Below are positions 1-13,026 of a stretch of DNA of 64,000 nt, piece by piece. Position numbers and translations under genes: made by a program. A model generated the notes under the pieces. It ran no database searches, was not told where the DNA came from, and saw nothing but the letters and a program-made list of their open reading frames with translations. Position 1 is the first letter of the stretch. Each line of letters begins with the position of its first letter. This DNA is from Podarcis muralis (taxonomy: Eukaryota). Location: positions 52,824,001-52,888,000 of the forward strand of contig NC_135657.1 in NCBI RefSeq assembly GCF_964188315.1, in the 5' to 3' direction.

Positions 1-3000
1 CTCCAGTAAAGAATCCATGAATACTACTTTTTTATTCTGCTAAATTAGCCCTTCAGTGAACATGTGTGCAAGAGATGTTTGTGTAAATGTGTGTGCTAAC
101 GCACTAGCAGATCTGGTGGTACTACCATTTTGCCTGTTGCTGTAAGTAGATGGGGGGATCTAGAAGCAGGAAAGGCCTGCTACCCAAGGTGAAAGTGAGT
201 AAGTAGGCGAAAGGCAAACTTCTGTTTCTCCACCTGAGTCCCCTATGTGCAATATGGGAATAATAATAATTGATCCTACAGCGATAGTGTAAAATTACTG
301 ATATTCTATGTGAAGTAGTCTGAATATTCTAAAGTACTGTACAAAACAAAGAGATATAATATGGGTTGTTTGCAATGAAGTTGTTCTCTTCCCCTCCCTC
401 TCACCTCCTTGTGCACTCCCTCAAATCTGCTCTGCAGGGTTAGGGAAACCCCTAAAACAGATTGGGGGCTGGATGGTAGGAGGAGAGGGAGGTACAAGGG
501 CACAAGTGGAAGTCCTTACATGACTGGAACAAGTTTGCTGGATACCATCCTATGTCATCACTGCAAATGATGGTCAAATGTCACATTAAGGTGAACTGCT
601 AGTGTAATTAAATAATAGAGTTTAGAAAAGTTGGTAAATCAGCAACTATGAAAGTCAAGAGGTCCTTCTGAAGGTGAATGCCAGCAAAAATTTTAAGCCA
701 AGAATCTACCACTCTTGGTACACTAAATAAACATTAACAAATAGTTGTAGGGATGTATGTGTGGATATCAGTAGTTCATTTCGTAATGACTTTTTGACAA
801 AACGATACTGTGTTATTTCAATAAAAACTGCTGACGTCTGAGGGGATACTCAAAAGTGTATTCAGGATAGTAGTCACGATGAGTTTTTATTTTGCTCCTC
901 CAACTTTTTAAAAACACCCCACTACCACCAATATATACATTACTAGCACCTTGAACCCAGTGTTGCTTGGGAATACTAATGCACTAAAAATCGGTGCAGT
1001 TTTGGAAGTTTCAGTCCATCATATTGATTCAAAATGGCATGCATACATAGACACAAACCTGCTTATTGATCTCAGGAACTGTCATGCAAAATTTGGCTAC
1101 GATATCTTACGAGGTTTCCAAATGCAGAACAACCAAACAATATAGTTACATAATGTGTGGCTGCATTTTCCACATCACATGCCTTTTTAAGAACTTGAAG
1201 ATTTATTGTTCAGAAGTATTAATGGTTCTTATGTACCACAAACAATTCTGCAACAGTTTAGAAAACTGAAATACATCAACTTATTAGAACAGTTCTGACT
1301 ACAAATTCTGCATCAACTTAAAACAATTAGTGAATAAAATATGGTTCTAGATTGGGGTATTTCCCCATTTGATTTCACTATTAAACAGTATGTATGGTAT
1401 TTATATTTGGTGGGACTACTACTACTGTAGCTTTCCAGTGTAGTAGTTGTGGTCCCACCACCAATGATAAAGCTGAATTTCACAGACCACCTGACTGGAG
1501 CTCATAAGACTACCAGAGGCTCACAGAACACCATCTGAGAACCTCTGACACAAAGATTATCCAAGATGATTGGATTGAATTATAATCGCCTTCACAGCAG
1601 TTACTCCTGTAACTATGTATTTACACTGGGGCATTGTTTCTTGTGAGTTCCCAGCCACTATGTCAAGACTACTCCAGTCTCTAGTGTGTTAAGAGCTATG
1701 AATACCAGCTGTGGCATCTGCTTCACTTTTCTTGTGTCCTGATCTTATGAGTTATGACCACCTGTTATCTAATATCATTTGATACCTATCCTCCAGGATT
1801 AATATTCCTTGTTTTGAGGCTGCCTTCATGAACAGTCGCCCACTGCCTGGACCTCCTATGAGTCTCTCCCTTTGCAATTGTTGACCACTTTTGACCTCTT
1901 TAGGCAACTCTGCTTGTCAGTAAATTTCTGAACAAGCTCATCTTATTGGCCCTGGTTCTGTTAAAGGTTGTTCATACCATGACTCACCTTGATACTGTTT
2001 TCAATCTTCACTTTTCTTCAACTGCCACATATAGCCTTCCTTCTGATTATTATTTTTTTAAAGAGAATAGCGAAGTAATAGTTTCTGTGAGTACGCCTAC
2101 AGCTTAAAGTGTAAATTTAACTATTCTCTCCTCCTTCATCCCTGTAATAAAACCTGGGAGTTGTAATGCCAGAGTAGTGCCAGGACCCCCGAGACACAAT
2201 TCCCTCATATTTCTGTAGAGCTAGAATCTCCAGAGGACCTTAGCATCATCCATAACAGTTTAAGGCGGCAATGCTAAGTACCTTACCTGGGAGTAAATCT
2301 CATTGAATGTATTGATTTAGGGTCACTTCTGAGTAAATAAGGATGATATGTTTACACTTTGTCGTTTAACTAAATAATAGCACCACAGACACATGTGAAG
2401 ATGCTCTTCCTGTTGCATCACCATCCTTAGCAGATACAAGTATGGAAACCCCATGATGAAATTTTAAAAACTGTAGGAATGATGCATAGGTATATTCCAG
2501 ATACTTTGAAATACTATTAGTGTTAGATGGGGGCTTCCATGTCAACGTACTAATATTTACACATGGAAAACAAGACATTTCCACAGAATTACAACATAGA
2601 TTGCTACTGTTAAGTAAACCCTGGTAATTCTACCAGCCCTATAGGGAACAGGCACACTTTTCCCCTTAAAAAAATGTGTTTGTGGAGTTAGTTAATTCCA
2701 GAGTTCTTTTTCTGTTCATAATATAGCAGATCTGCCCTCTAGTGATGAGTGTACTTTATTTATTTATTTTACTCCTGCCAACGTGCTGGAGGCAACACTG
2801 CTAAGAAAACACAGAAAGGGTTGTTGTTGTTTTACAAAGGTTGAAACTACAATAAAACACTTTAATAAATTCCTTCTCACATTTCTTTGCATAATGCCCA
2901 TTGCCATTGTTCACAAGTTACATTTGCCCCACTTTAAATGTCACCAGAATAATACAATTTATTTCTCAAAAATTTGAGGCTAAGGTTCTTTAAAAAAGAG

Positions 3001-3249
3001 ATAGATAAGAGAGAACAGAAAGGTTGAGAGGGAACTGAATTATATGCAATACTTACTTTTCCTTCCAACCCTAACTCAAGGCTAGACCAAGACATTTTGC
3101 TACCTGAAACAAAAGTACACGATGACATCCCTTACAGCAGCTGCTATAATCATAGATTTATAAGGGACCCTAAGTCCCTAGTCTAACTCCCTGCAATATA
3201 AGAATGTGTATAATCTTGGCATTATGCCTCTTCTTCAATTTCTAAATCC

Positions 3250-3560
3250 CAATTTGATCCCCACCAAATGTTTTTACAGAGATATCTTTGATCACAAGGC
3301 AGACAATACCCATGACCCCAGGACTGGCTCTGCTTAACCTGTACAGGACATACCACGAATTAGAAACAAAGAACTTAGAACCAATTTGTTAACCGCGGCA
3401 AGGACGGCCATTGCCAGGACCGGTGGTATAGGGTGATCTGGCAGGTAGCATTATTGGGAAAATTGACATGAAAATTGAAGATAGCAAGAGGCATGGGGAA
3501 ATATAGTAATTTTTATGCAGTCTGGGGTGACTTTGCAGATTATACAAAGAATGAGGCATA
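3250..3560 (+). mobile_element. Degenerate L1/Tx1-type LINE ORF2 C-terminal fragment
   Basis: Broken frames read LLTAARTAIAR (3386-3418) and KIARG...FYAVWGDFADY, resembling the post-RT C-terminus of non-mammalian L1 ORF2. Boundaries approximate. Confidence 0.55.
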
Positions 3561-3892
3561 TAGCCTATGGCCTACAGCAGAGTTTGGCTTGCATGAAGCA
3601 CATATTTTAATTATTTTTTCTCCTCCCCTCCTGCTTTTGTATAAACCCTGCAGACCACTGATGCTGATACAATAACTTTTTAGCTGTGGACAACCATTCA
3701 AGTGATGGTGGCTAATAGGTATTAATTTGTGTTTGTTATACTCTTTGACAAAGTGCTGTAGTATTCATAGATGATTCTCTATATGTAGTTGGTTTATCTT
3801 TGTTTAAAATGTTTTTTTTTAGAAAAAGTGACAACTTTCACCTGTTGTTTTTGTTTCAACCCTCAAGTTTTGCCTCTGACCACAAAGACTGT

Positions 3893-4069
3893 CATAGCTG
3901 TCAACCTTCCTTTTTTTGCGAGAAATTCCCTTATTCCAGTGCCATTTCCCGCTGCTATCCCGGATTGTTCGATATCCCGTAGACTGCCCCTGGGACAGGT
4001 GAGGCTGCTGGTCCCTTATTTTCGAGGCTGCTGATCAATTATTTTCAAATCTGAAAGTTGACAGCTATG
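3893..4069. mobile_element. MITE with CATAGCTGTCAAC terminal inverted repeats (hAT-like)
   Basis: CATAGCTGTCAAC at 3893 and GTTGACAGCTATG ending 4069, flanked by a GACTGT direct repeat. Same TIR as the element at 21837. Confidence 0.75.
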
Positions 4070-4379
4070 GACTGTTTAGCTATGGTGGCTAACTTGAGAA
4101 GAATCCCTTTAAAAGATATTCTATATCCTGTGCCCGTGAATTCCATAAATTAATCGCAAAACCTCTGAATAAATTTGTCAGCCCTAAAGTTAATGCCAAT
4201 CAACTTTACTGGTTCCCTTCCAGTTAACTTCATGGGTACAGCTAAAAAGATACAACTTGTCAAGATCCTGGATGCAAACATAATTCTGCAATTCCACTTA
4301 TTTCAGTGGGAGTTACGCGCACTTCGTAACTCTAACCCAATATTACAGCCCGATCGCGTGCACGGTTAGACGACCCTTC

Positions 4380-5520
4380 GATGCCACCGATTTCCAAATT
4401 CTGCATAGGAACGGACTCGACGGCTCCATTTTCACTCCTTCCGAAAATAAGCCTGTGGACTCAAAAGAAATCCCTGCGTAGGAATTTCACCGCGTCCGCC
4501 GCAACTATCTTCATCCAGCACCATCAAGTCTCCTTCCGCCTCGCTCGGCCTCACTCCTGCAGGTGGTTACGATACGATTCCGAATCCTTCCGCCGACGCT
4601 ACTACCACCCTGCTTCCTCCCATCATGCTTTGCAACTGCGTAGAGACGCGGGACTGGAGCGGGGCATTCAGTCGTCGTCCCCCGCTAACTTTGGCCGAAT
4701 ACGTACGTCTCACCCCACCCCCCCTTCTCCGCGCAAACAGCGGCTTCTTTCCGCAGAGAGAACAGAAAAGCAGACCGAACCAAGGAAGGAGGCGGGGGGG
4801 GGCAGTAGCGCCGTGCGAGGGAAGTAGTCCCGGCGCCAGGCAAAGCGCTGCTGCAGGGGCAGTTGCTCGCTCGCTCTCGCTCTCTCGCTGGGCCGGTAAG
4901 TGTGAATAAGGCGGCGCGAGGGAGCGCGCGGCCGAGGGAGGGGGAGGAGCCGTGGGTGAGTGGCAGCGGTTGGCTCGGCGCTGCGGGCTGCTCTGCCTTC
5001 TCGCTAGGACGAGGCGGGAGGCAAGGAAGGGGCGAGGCGGCGGCTCCTCTCATTTCCCTGTCCGGCGCCATTTTGTAGCGCAGCGAAGCAGCAAATAAAG
5101 AGCGGGGCGGGAAGCGAGCGTGGTGGTGTTGGCGCGGCGGCGACGGCGGTGTTGGCGGCGGCCTTCTCCAAGCAGAGGTGCTGCTGGGCCCGCTTGATTG
5201 ATGCGACACGAGCCCCGGCGTGGAGGCACCCGCTGCAACCGGGAGACGACGACGACGACGACGCCTCGGGGCCGCCACGGGCGGGAGGTGAGTGGCGGCC
5301 TCTCTCCGCTTCCTCGCGCGCGGGCCGCATCCGCCCGCCGCAGTCCCCGCTACTACGGCTCCTGGAGAGACCCGAGGCTCGCCGGCCCTAAGCGGGAAGG
5401 GACATCCATCCTACGGGCGGGGCGGGGAGCGCCTTCCCGGACTAACGTAACTCGAAGCGGGGGGGGGGGCTTAAGCTCGGCGCCTTTTCCTGCGTTACGG
5501 GCACCCGTTACGGGCATTTC
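4380..5520 (+). promoter_or_regulatory. WTAP: CpG island / WTAP promoter and non-coding first exon(s)
   Basis: Very GC- and CpG-rich block. YY1-type CGCCATTTT at 5066-5074. Strong donors CCG|GTAAGT (4895), TGG|GTGAGT (4955) and GAG|GTGAGT (5287) upstream of the WTAP ATG exon. Confidence 0.8.
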
Positions 5521-6918
5521 CTCATAGCTGTCGTCACCCCCTCAAAAAAAAACCTCCACACACTCCCCCCCCCCCCCAAGATAGCTTGTTTGGGACGGGC
5601 ATCCTCCGCTCGCCTGTCTTTCTTGTTTACTATGGACCGGCCTTCCTAAAGGCATCGTCCTTCGTAGTCAGGAGCGTGGATCCCCTGGGATTCTAAAATA
5701 CTCCTTAGATGATTTCTTAATTACGAGGAGGCCTTTTATCCGTAAGACCTGAAAGGACTTGGCGACACGTTTTTTATTTCTACGCCATTTGGATAGAGGG
5801 GGAATCGGAAGCCAGGCGTAGATGTAGATGCACACAGAGAGACATTCCCCACGCAGACTATGAAAGGTTATAAAGCTTTAGACTGCACTCCTCCTCTGCA
5901 TTGGAGTCCGCGCCACTGTAATAAACGGGGCTTCGAAGTAAATAAGGATGGGATTGGACTGCAAGTCACATGGATGGGTTATTTAGGCTCTATTTGGCTC
6001 GCTAGAAAGTAATGGGTTCCTCAGATTGCAGGCATCACTACTTGGTGCAAGAGAGAAAGCAGGTTTGAACTGCCGCTGCTTAAAACAGCGATTTTATAAA
6101 TAATTTAAAGTCAATAATTAGATTTTTAAAAAACAAAACAAACCCCTGTTTGTTAACTTTTCCAAGCAAATGTAGGTTACACTTGCTTTCTAATCAAAAG
6201 TCTGTTTGAAAATATGAGTTTGGCAGTATACTTTGCCAAATTGTAAGACTAAGGTGCAAACTTGCTCAGTGATATCAATTTATTGAGAGTTCGGTTGCTC
6301 TTTGGGGAACAAAACAAGTACAGTATATGCTGTAACATCTCAAATGCATTTCCAATGTAGACTTCGTAGGCTGACTACTGGAAATATTTCTGTTCAAGCC
6401 AATTTATAACCTTTGAGAACAAGAGACTTTTACACAATGTGTCAGATTCTAAGGAGTCTACTGGGTGCCCCCTTCCCAAGGTAATTTTCAGGTGCAGCTT
6501 ACAATGTCTGGATTGATTGTCATAACCAAAAATTTGATATCTGTCACAACTCACCAAGAGTGAGGTTTTCATTTGAGGGCCAATAAATAATGTGTTGCCC
6601 ATGGGTAAAGAGTTTCCTTATGCAACTGTTTTTTGACGTTCACTCATGTAAAAACCACCATGCAAAGTGATCTGTTCACATTTAGAGGTACCATACTAAT
6701 GACAGGCTATAGTTGCTCAGGCTACAGTTCACTGGTATACGAAGTTAAAACGTGAATGAGTTGACTCTGGAAGTAAATGCATTCATTTATACATAATAGG
6801 ATGTGCATGGAACACTTACCCAGACAAGCACTTTCCTCATAAGTGCCACCATATTTGTTTCAGCCTGGATTGCTCTGTTGCTTGGAGATGGATGCTTAGC
6901 TTAGATCAGAAGTGGGTC

Positions 6919-6962
6919 AGGGATGAGAGAGTTTCTTCATAGGGATGAGAGAGTTTCTTCAT
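6919..6962. repeat. Perfect 22-bp tandem duplication
   Basis: AGGGATGAGAGAGTTTCTTCAT x2. Confidence 0.95.
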
Positions 6963-7617
6963 AATACACTGAAAATAAAATCTAGTTACATGACAGCACA
7001 GTTGTCTATTTTCTTAAATACTATGAAAACTGACAAAAGATTTTACATGTGTGGCTTGACAGAATCATAAAAGTTAAGATGACATACTTACATGTTTCAA
7101 TTAAATACCTTTATATTTAACTTACATTTTGATGTTGAAACAGTTTAATTTGGTTATTTAACCAAATATAGTTAATAAAATGTATGCAAAGCAGGGGAAA
7201 TAATAATACTCGCATGTCCTTGCATTCATGAGTTTGTTTGGGTATGAATATGGGGTTTGTTACTTTTGGAAGGGTATGTAGTACAGATCTGATCATGTTC
7301 CGAATGTGGAGTATGTGCACTGAACACTGCAGCTACAATGACTTAAGAGGGATTGATGCTTACTTGCAATAGAAAAAAATGGAACTTATCGAGGATCACA
7401 GGGTGGTGTACAACTTCACTAAAGCCATTGGCTAATATGAGTTATAGGTATGACTTCTTTCTATAGCCATCTTGAACACAGATGTGATAATACAAAGTCT
7501 GAGTTCACAAATCCTGAAAGAACAATTTGTTCTTAAATTGATCAGTTTTACACAATAATATGAAGCCATGAATAAAGACTGGTTTTGTGAGTTACCTATG
7601 TAGAAGGGATAGAGACA

Positions 7618-7620
<3 letters not shown>

Positions 7621-7652
<32 letters not shown>
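7621..7652. repeat. (GT)n microsatellite
   Basis: Uninterrupted GT run. Confidence 0.95.
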
Positions 7653-7656
<4 letters not shown>

Positions 7657-9402
7657 GAATGTGGCTCTCTAGGCCTCTATTTGGCCATCAGAGCTCTCCC
7701 TAGGCCACATCCTTCTTTGCACCCTCCTCAAGTGTTTTTGCCTGTAATGAATGTATTCTTGAAGTCTGATAATGCCTGTTGCTTACCTGAATAAAGAACA
7801 AGAGGTATGTGAGTATGTGCAGATGCTAGCCCAGTGTACAAAGGCAAAAGGTATATTTATTCCTTCTCTCACTTTTGCTTCAGGCCCTGACCACCACTGG
7901 CATGTAGCCCTCAGAAGGTTGCCCAGAGATATGGCCCCTTAAGACTTTAAAATAAATACTGTGATGACTCTAGCTGAGGGAGACTTGGGGATTTAAAAAC
8001 ATATTGATTGCTTTTAGAAGTACCTGCTCTTTGCTAATAATTTAAGGAAAATATTTTATCCTATATGGATTTATCAACATTTTAATCTGGGTGTTGCAAG
8101 ACTCATTCATGATTGAATAGTTCCCAAATAAAGTTGCAAAAGATTTATTGATTGATTATATTTTTATGCTGCTTTTCATTCAAATGAATCCCAGCAGCAT
8201 ACAAACAATACATAAAAATAACATCATAGAACATTACAAATACAGAATAAATCTTATAGAATACTTAACAAATCAATGAAACAGTTAGAAATCATCAGTA
8301 AAACAATTACCATCTATGAAACACTATTAACAAAACAACTAAAAAAATAAGTTAAGCATCAAGTAAGATAAGTTCAGATTTTAAATTCAGCACAACATAG
8401 TGTTTCCCTGACTGTCTCCGAGGTAGGCGTAGTGCCAGTTAATTGCAGGAATACATTCAAAAGTGATGAACCAATATTTAGCTAAAGCTTTTGTACCTAC
8501 ATATATCTGAATTCCCATACCTTTGCATGCCTTTTCCTGGAAAGTTCTTGCCAGAAAAACTTTGGAACAAGAACACAGTATAGCTGGAAACAGGGTGTCA
8601 GTGAAGATATGAGACAATAACTAATGACTAGATAATTGGTATCAATATTATTTACAAAGATTTTTGACAATAGAGACATAACAACATGCATTAGATATGG
8701 AAAGCTTATAAATGTCAGAAAAAGTATTTGAATACAAAATAATAGTTGTGTTAATTGGACAAAACTCAGAAACCCAGCAGGGTCATAAGGTAGAGTACAC
8801 GTTTTAAAAAATTAAAAAGTAATGGATTTCAGTAGGATTTAATTCAGATCATTTTCTCAGACTTTGCAGCAGATATGTATAAGCAGATACCTAGTACTGC
8901 TGTAAAAATGTTTAAACCAGTAACTTACATGTAAACCCTTTCTGTGCTGTGAAATGAGCTTTCTGTTAGCTGTAGTTACAGTTACACTCAATACAGGAGG
9001 TTGGATCCATATTTTTGCTTTCATGGACAGAAAGAACCCAAGATCCAGCAGAGGCTCTTGCTGGAAAAAGCAGGAGGAGACAATTTCAGCAGAGGAATTC
9101 CTGTAGCTGCCATCACCATCTCCCAAGGACCCTCTGACCCAGTTTTTCAGGAGGGATTGGAGAAGTTGGCTCCCCACCTCCTCCAATGGGAGAATCTCTT
9201 GGGTGGTGGTATGCCCAGGGGTAGTCTGGATCTAATACTTAGAGTCCAATTCTTCATAATTCTGGAAAGTACATAATGTTGTGTTCAGTGGACTCACTTT
9301 AGTTGGAGTGCATCATTATTTTCAGGTGGCATAAAAATGCTGGCTATGGTAGTAAGAGGACCAAATAATGATAGTGCTTGTTTCTTTTATGCAGAATTCA
9401 CA

Positions 9403-9432
9403 ATGACTAATGAAGAACCACTTCCGAAGAAG
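9403..9432 (+). CDS. WTAP: WTAP coding exon 1 (MTNEEPLPKK); exon starts at 9395
   Basis: Acceptor tttcttttatgcag at 9394, donor AAG|gtaagc. Matches the WTAP N-terminus. Confidence 0.97.
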
Positions 9433-9516
9433 GTAAGCTTGAAAGCTGTAGCATTTGTATTTATTTTTCAATATTGCATGAAGAAATAGTTGAACTTGAT
9501 TATTTTTGTTCTGTAG

Positions 9517-9572
9517 GTTCGCCTCAGTGATACAGACTTCAAGGTTCTACCTAGAGAGGAGTTGATCTTAAG
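9517..9572 (+). CDS. WTAP: WTAP coding exon 2 (VRLSDTDFKVLPREELILR)
   Basis: ctgtag|GTT ... AG|gtaaag; 56 nt; phase 0 to 2. Confidence 0.97.
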
Positions 9573-10160
9573 GTAAAGTGATAGGCTACCTTCTACTTAA
9601 AAACCATGCATCTCTTAACTGTTTCATTTTGAATAACTTCCATTTTCATGGTAACAAGGAACTAAAAAGCAGTTTTAAGTTTAATGAGGTAGAAAGATTA
9701 ACACTAAACTTTTTCCTACTGGCTGTGGAGAAAAAGTACATTATTTATCCAAAGGCAAGTAGCTGGAAATTCTGCACTTAGAATGCAGAAAGGAAAAAAA
9801 GTCATTTGATATACTTTCAGACTGTATAGAGAATTCCAGAGGAAAGAATGTAAGAGTATGGCCAAGAGTCTGCACCTTGGCATTCTTGGGTTTGTAACAG
9901 AAATAAACTCTCCATGTCTTTCATATATGAGGCTAGAAACTTGTTTTAAAACTGCAGAAATGAAGGATGGAAAGGTGCTTAGGGTGGTGCTAGATGCGAG
10001 GTTGTCTATAGCTCATTGGTTTTGGTTGGAAAGAGCTTAAAATATTTAATGAATACCCTATTGTGTGTTTAAGTGTGATCTTGTCTGTACTCCCACTTTG
10101 CACCAAGCATGCCATAATTTAATCATTTAAGATTCAAAAACCATTTTCCTTCCTCATTAG

Positions 10161-10219
10161 GTGGAAGCAGTATGAAGCATATGTGCAAGCTCTGGAGGGC
10201 AAATATACAGACCTTAACT
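10161..10219 (+). CDS. WTAP: WTAP coding exon 3 (WKQYEAYVQALEGKYTDLN)
   Basis: cattag|G ... T|gtaagt; 59 nt; phase 2 to 1. Confidence 0.97.
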
Positions 10220-11113
10220 GTAAGTGGAAACTCAATTGCAAAATAGAAGTGATAATAAAGAAAATAGTTGTTTTAAGAGGCAGCAGTTGGGTTTTCTGTA
10301 CAGCTCAGAAAAAGGATCTGAACAGCCCTTTAAGTAAGCTTGGTCAGGCTGATCCACAAACCATTTAGAACTGTAGTTCCCTTCAAAGGTTCACTTTTAT
10401 CTATCTACTTAGAGTTCAGACATATTAATGGCATTACCAGTTCAGTCACTCAGGCTTAAGTAACCTATCTCTGATGTACATTGTTCAAATTGGTGTGTCA
10501 CAGGCCACATTTTAAGTCATTGGTAAACAGTGTTTACTAAGCTTAAATGTGGTTTATGTTTTTAAAAAAACCCCAACAAAGAAACAAAACCCAGACGTAA
10601 ATAAAATATACACATAACTAGCAGCAGCTGGTGTAAGCTTCCTAATCTATCCTCCTATCCTGCCATCCCTTTTGTACAAAAGTATTCCAGGTAACCCATA
10701 GGAGGAGGTGAGAAAGTGGCTGGCTCAAATTAATGTTAAAGGTTTTTGGTGGCCTTTTCAGAAGTTGTTGGTGTGTTAGAAGTGCCTCTACTAAAGTTAA
10801 ATGAATTCAGCAGATCTATGAGTGGGACTGGTGTTGGGTTTCCCATTGGGTATCTTCGTTAAGCCGGCACTTATTGTCTGCAGTAGTTTGGTTAACTGCA
10901 GTAAATGGAAACCCTTGCTTAAACTGATACTGTTGTAAGTGCTGTGGGTGCATCTGATAATTAAATACTTTTGTTTCAGGAGGCTTAAGCAGGATTTCTG
11001 AAATGCTATCATAAAATCACAGTGCTGTGACCTTGCCTGTAGCCATCATGTATGTTTTGTGGTCTCCTCTGCAGTCACAGCTAAAGACCAGTTTGAGAAC
11101 TATGGTTTTAGAC

Positions 11114-11236
11114 CAGCCTTCCCCAGCTGGTGCTGTCCATATATTTTTGGCTTCCAATCCTATCATTCCTGGTTATTGACTGCTGGTTGCGGTGGAGTAG
11201 TTTAAAACATGGAGGGCACCAGGTTGGGGTATGCTG
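11114..11236. mobile_element. Short MITE (CAGCCTTCCCC...GGGGTATGCTG imperfect TIRs)
   Basis: ~20-bp imperfect terminal inverted repeats. Related internal sequence at ~50775-50865 and ~51815-51880. Confidence 0.55.
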
Positions 11237-12898
11237 TTCTTGAAAAACATTAATATAGAATGAGTGATACAGTGTATCATATTTTGTGTATATGCACCTT
11301 CTGATTATTTGTGGAATTCTTTAAGCCAATACAATGGGTTCTTGCTGTAAAGTCAGGTATGGGAAACCTGTGGCACTCCAGATATGGTCGTATGCTTCCC
11401 ATCATAGGGTTGTTGGTTCTGTTGCCTGAGGCTGAGGAGAACTGGGGTCCAACAAAATCTTGGCGAGCCACAGTTTCTCTGTCAGTACCTGCTTAAGCCC
11501 ATTATACAGATACAGATAAAATTACTTGAGGTTTTTTTTTAATCTTTCCTTTGCAATCAGATTTGTTTGATTTGTTAACATAAACCCATTCAGTCAGAAA
11601 ACATCAGTGTAAAGTGGTATTAAAGAAGTGTTGTTGAACTCCTCTGTATCCTTGGGATTTGAGTTCAGGTTATTTTAAGCTATTTGAATCTCAAAATTGT
11701 CCCTCTGGAAAGAGAAGCTTGCCTTTACATGTCCACCTTGGGATTAATACTGGGAACAACAATTAGGCACCAAAGAATAGTTGTACAGGTTACCATGCGA
11801 TACCTCTAGAGTGACAAGCAAGCTTTTTTCTAAACACACCCAAGAGAGCGCTATCTCAAGTATGAGTTTAATTATTGTTGACTGATCTCAAACAAAATGC
11901 AGTTTGTAGAAAAGTTAAGTTCTTTTCTCCCAGTTGGGGTCTTGGGAAACTGCAAGCCGTTATTATTGGTGTGTTTGTACTGGCAGCAGAACGTTTTTAC
12001 CAGTTTTAGGACAAAGCTAAATACCAGACTATAGTTCTGTTACCCTCAATGTGCTGTCTCTGTCATCTGTAGATGTTAATAGATCCACAGCATGAATTTT
12101 GTTTGTGGGACACTGCAATCACAGTAATGGTCTAATCCCCTTTAAGTGCCTCTAAGTCCTTTAAACATGGCAACTGCTTTTCAGCTTTCTAGTTGTTATG
12201 GAGGTTATGTAATCTTCTATGAACTTAATATCCTTGGTTAATAGTTAAAACATGCTATGTTGGTGTCTCATGAATTTAACTCTACAAAAGCTTTTGCCTA
12301 TATATAGAGAGAGAGTGTGTGTTATTTTTTAAGATGCCACAATGTTTTGTTGCAGGAGTAGGCTAACTTGGGCACCTAATAAATAAATAAATAATTGCTT
12401 CTCACAAGTAGTCCCTAGAAATAGAAATGAAGGGTGGCATTCCGTGAAGTAGTTTCATTAGTGAAGGGACTTCTGGCTGTGCTTTGGAACTTACCCTCCC
12501 ATTTCTCTCCTCATACACTCACAAAATCTGTTCAGGGAGTTCCAGCAACCCTCTGAAGCAAATTTGAGGAGGAATTAGGGGAAGAGGAGAGGGAGGGGGA
12601 GTTCCCTTATTATAGACTACTGGTCCTACCTGTTGTTGACAGCTGACAGGAAAAAGGAAGGTAGAAAAAGGGTAGGAATCTCCTAATTGATCTTTGCTGT
12701 GTTTGTGCAGCTTTGCTTGCTGTAGAGGAGCTATTCCTTTCCCCGTTAAATTCTTGTATGTGGGTTTAGTTGATTCAATGGGGGAGCAGAAGCAAACAAA
12801 TTTGATGGTCAAGTTGTTTTGCTTAGACAAAAATTTGGTTTAAGGTCTTTATAGGCTCCCACTAAAACTTTGCTGTTTGCTTTGCCATTCAACAATAG

Positions 12899-13026
12899 CT
12901 AATGATGTAACTGGATTGAGAGAGTCAGAAGAAAAGCTAAAGCAGCAACAGCAAGAATCTGCTCGAAGAGAAAATATCCTAGTGATGCGGCTGGCAACTA
13001 AGGAACAAGAGATGCAAGAGTGTACT
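12899..13026 (+). CDS. WTAP: WTAP coding exon 4 (SNDVTGLRESEEKLKQQQQESARRENILVMRLATKEQEMQECT)
   Basis: caatag|CT ... ACT|gtaagt; 128 nt; phase 1 to 0. Confidence 0.97.

Noticed and set aside
5245-5263. (GAC)n run in the WTAP leader as a self-regulatory m6A site cluster
   Set aside because: The CGACG context does not fit DRACH; it is simply a short trinucleotide repeat.
4381-5527. Many overlapping 60-197 aa ORFs on both strands
   Set aside because: Low-complexity Arg/Pro/Ala/Gly frames expected from stop-codon scarcity in a CpG island; no recognisable protein. Only the spliced uORF from 5201 was kept.
8857-9276. Opposing 109-aa and 91-aa ORFs just before WTAP coding exon 1
   Set aside because: No recognisable domain or convincing splice context; TTG start for the + ORF.
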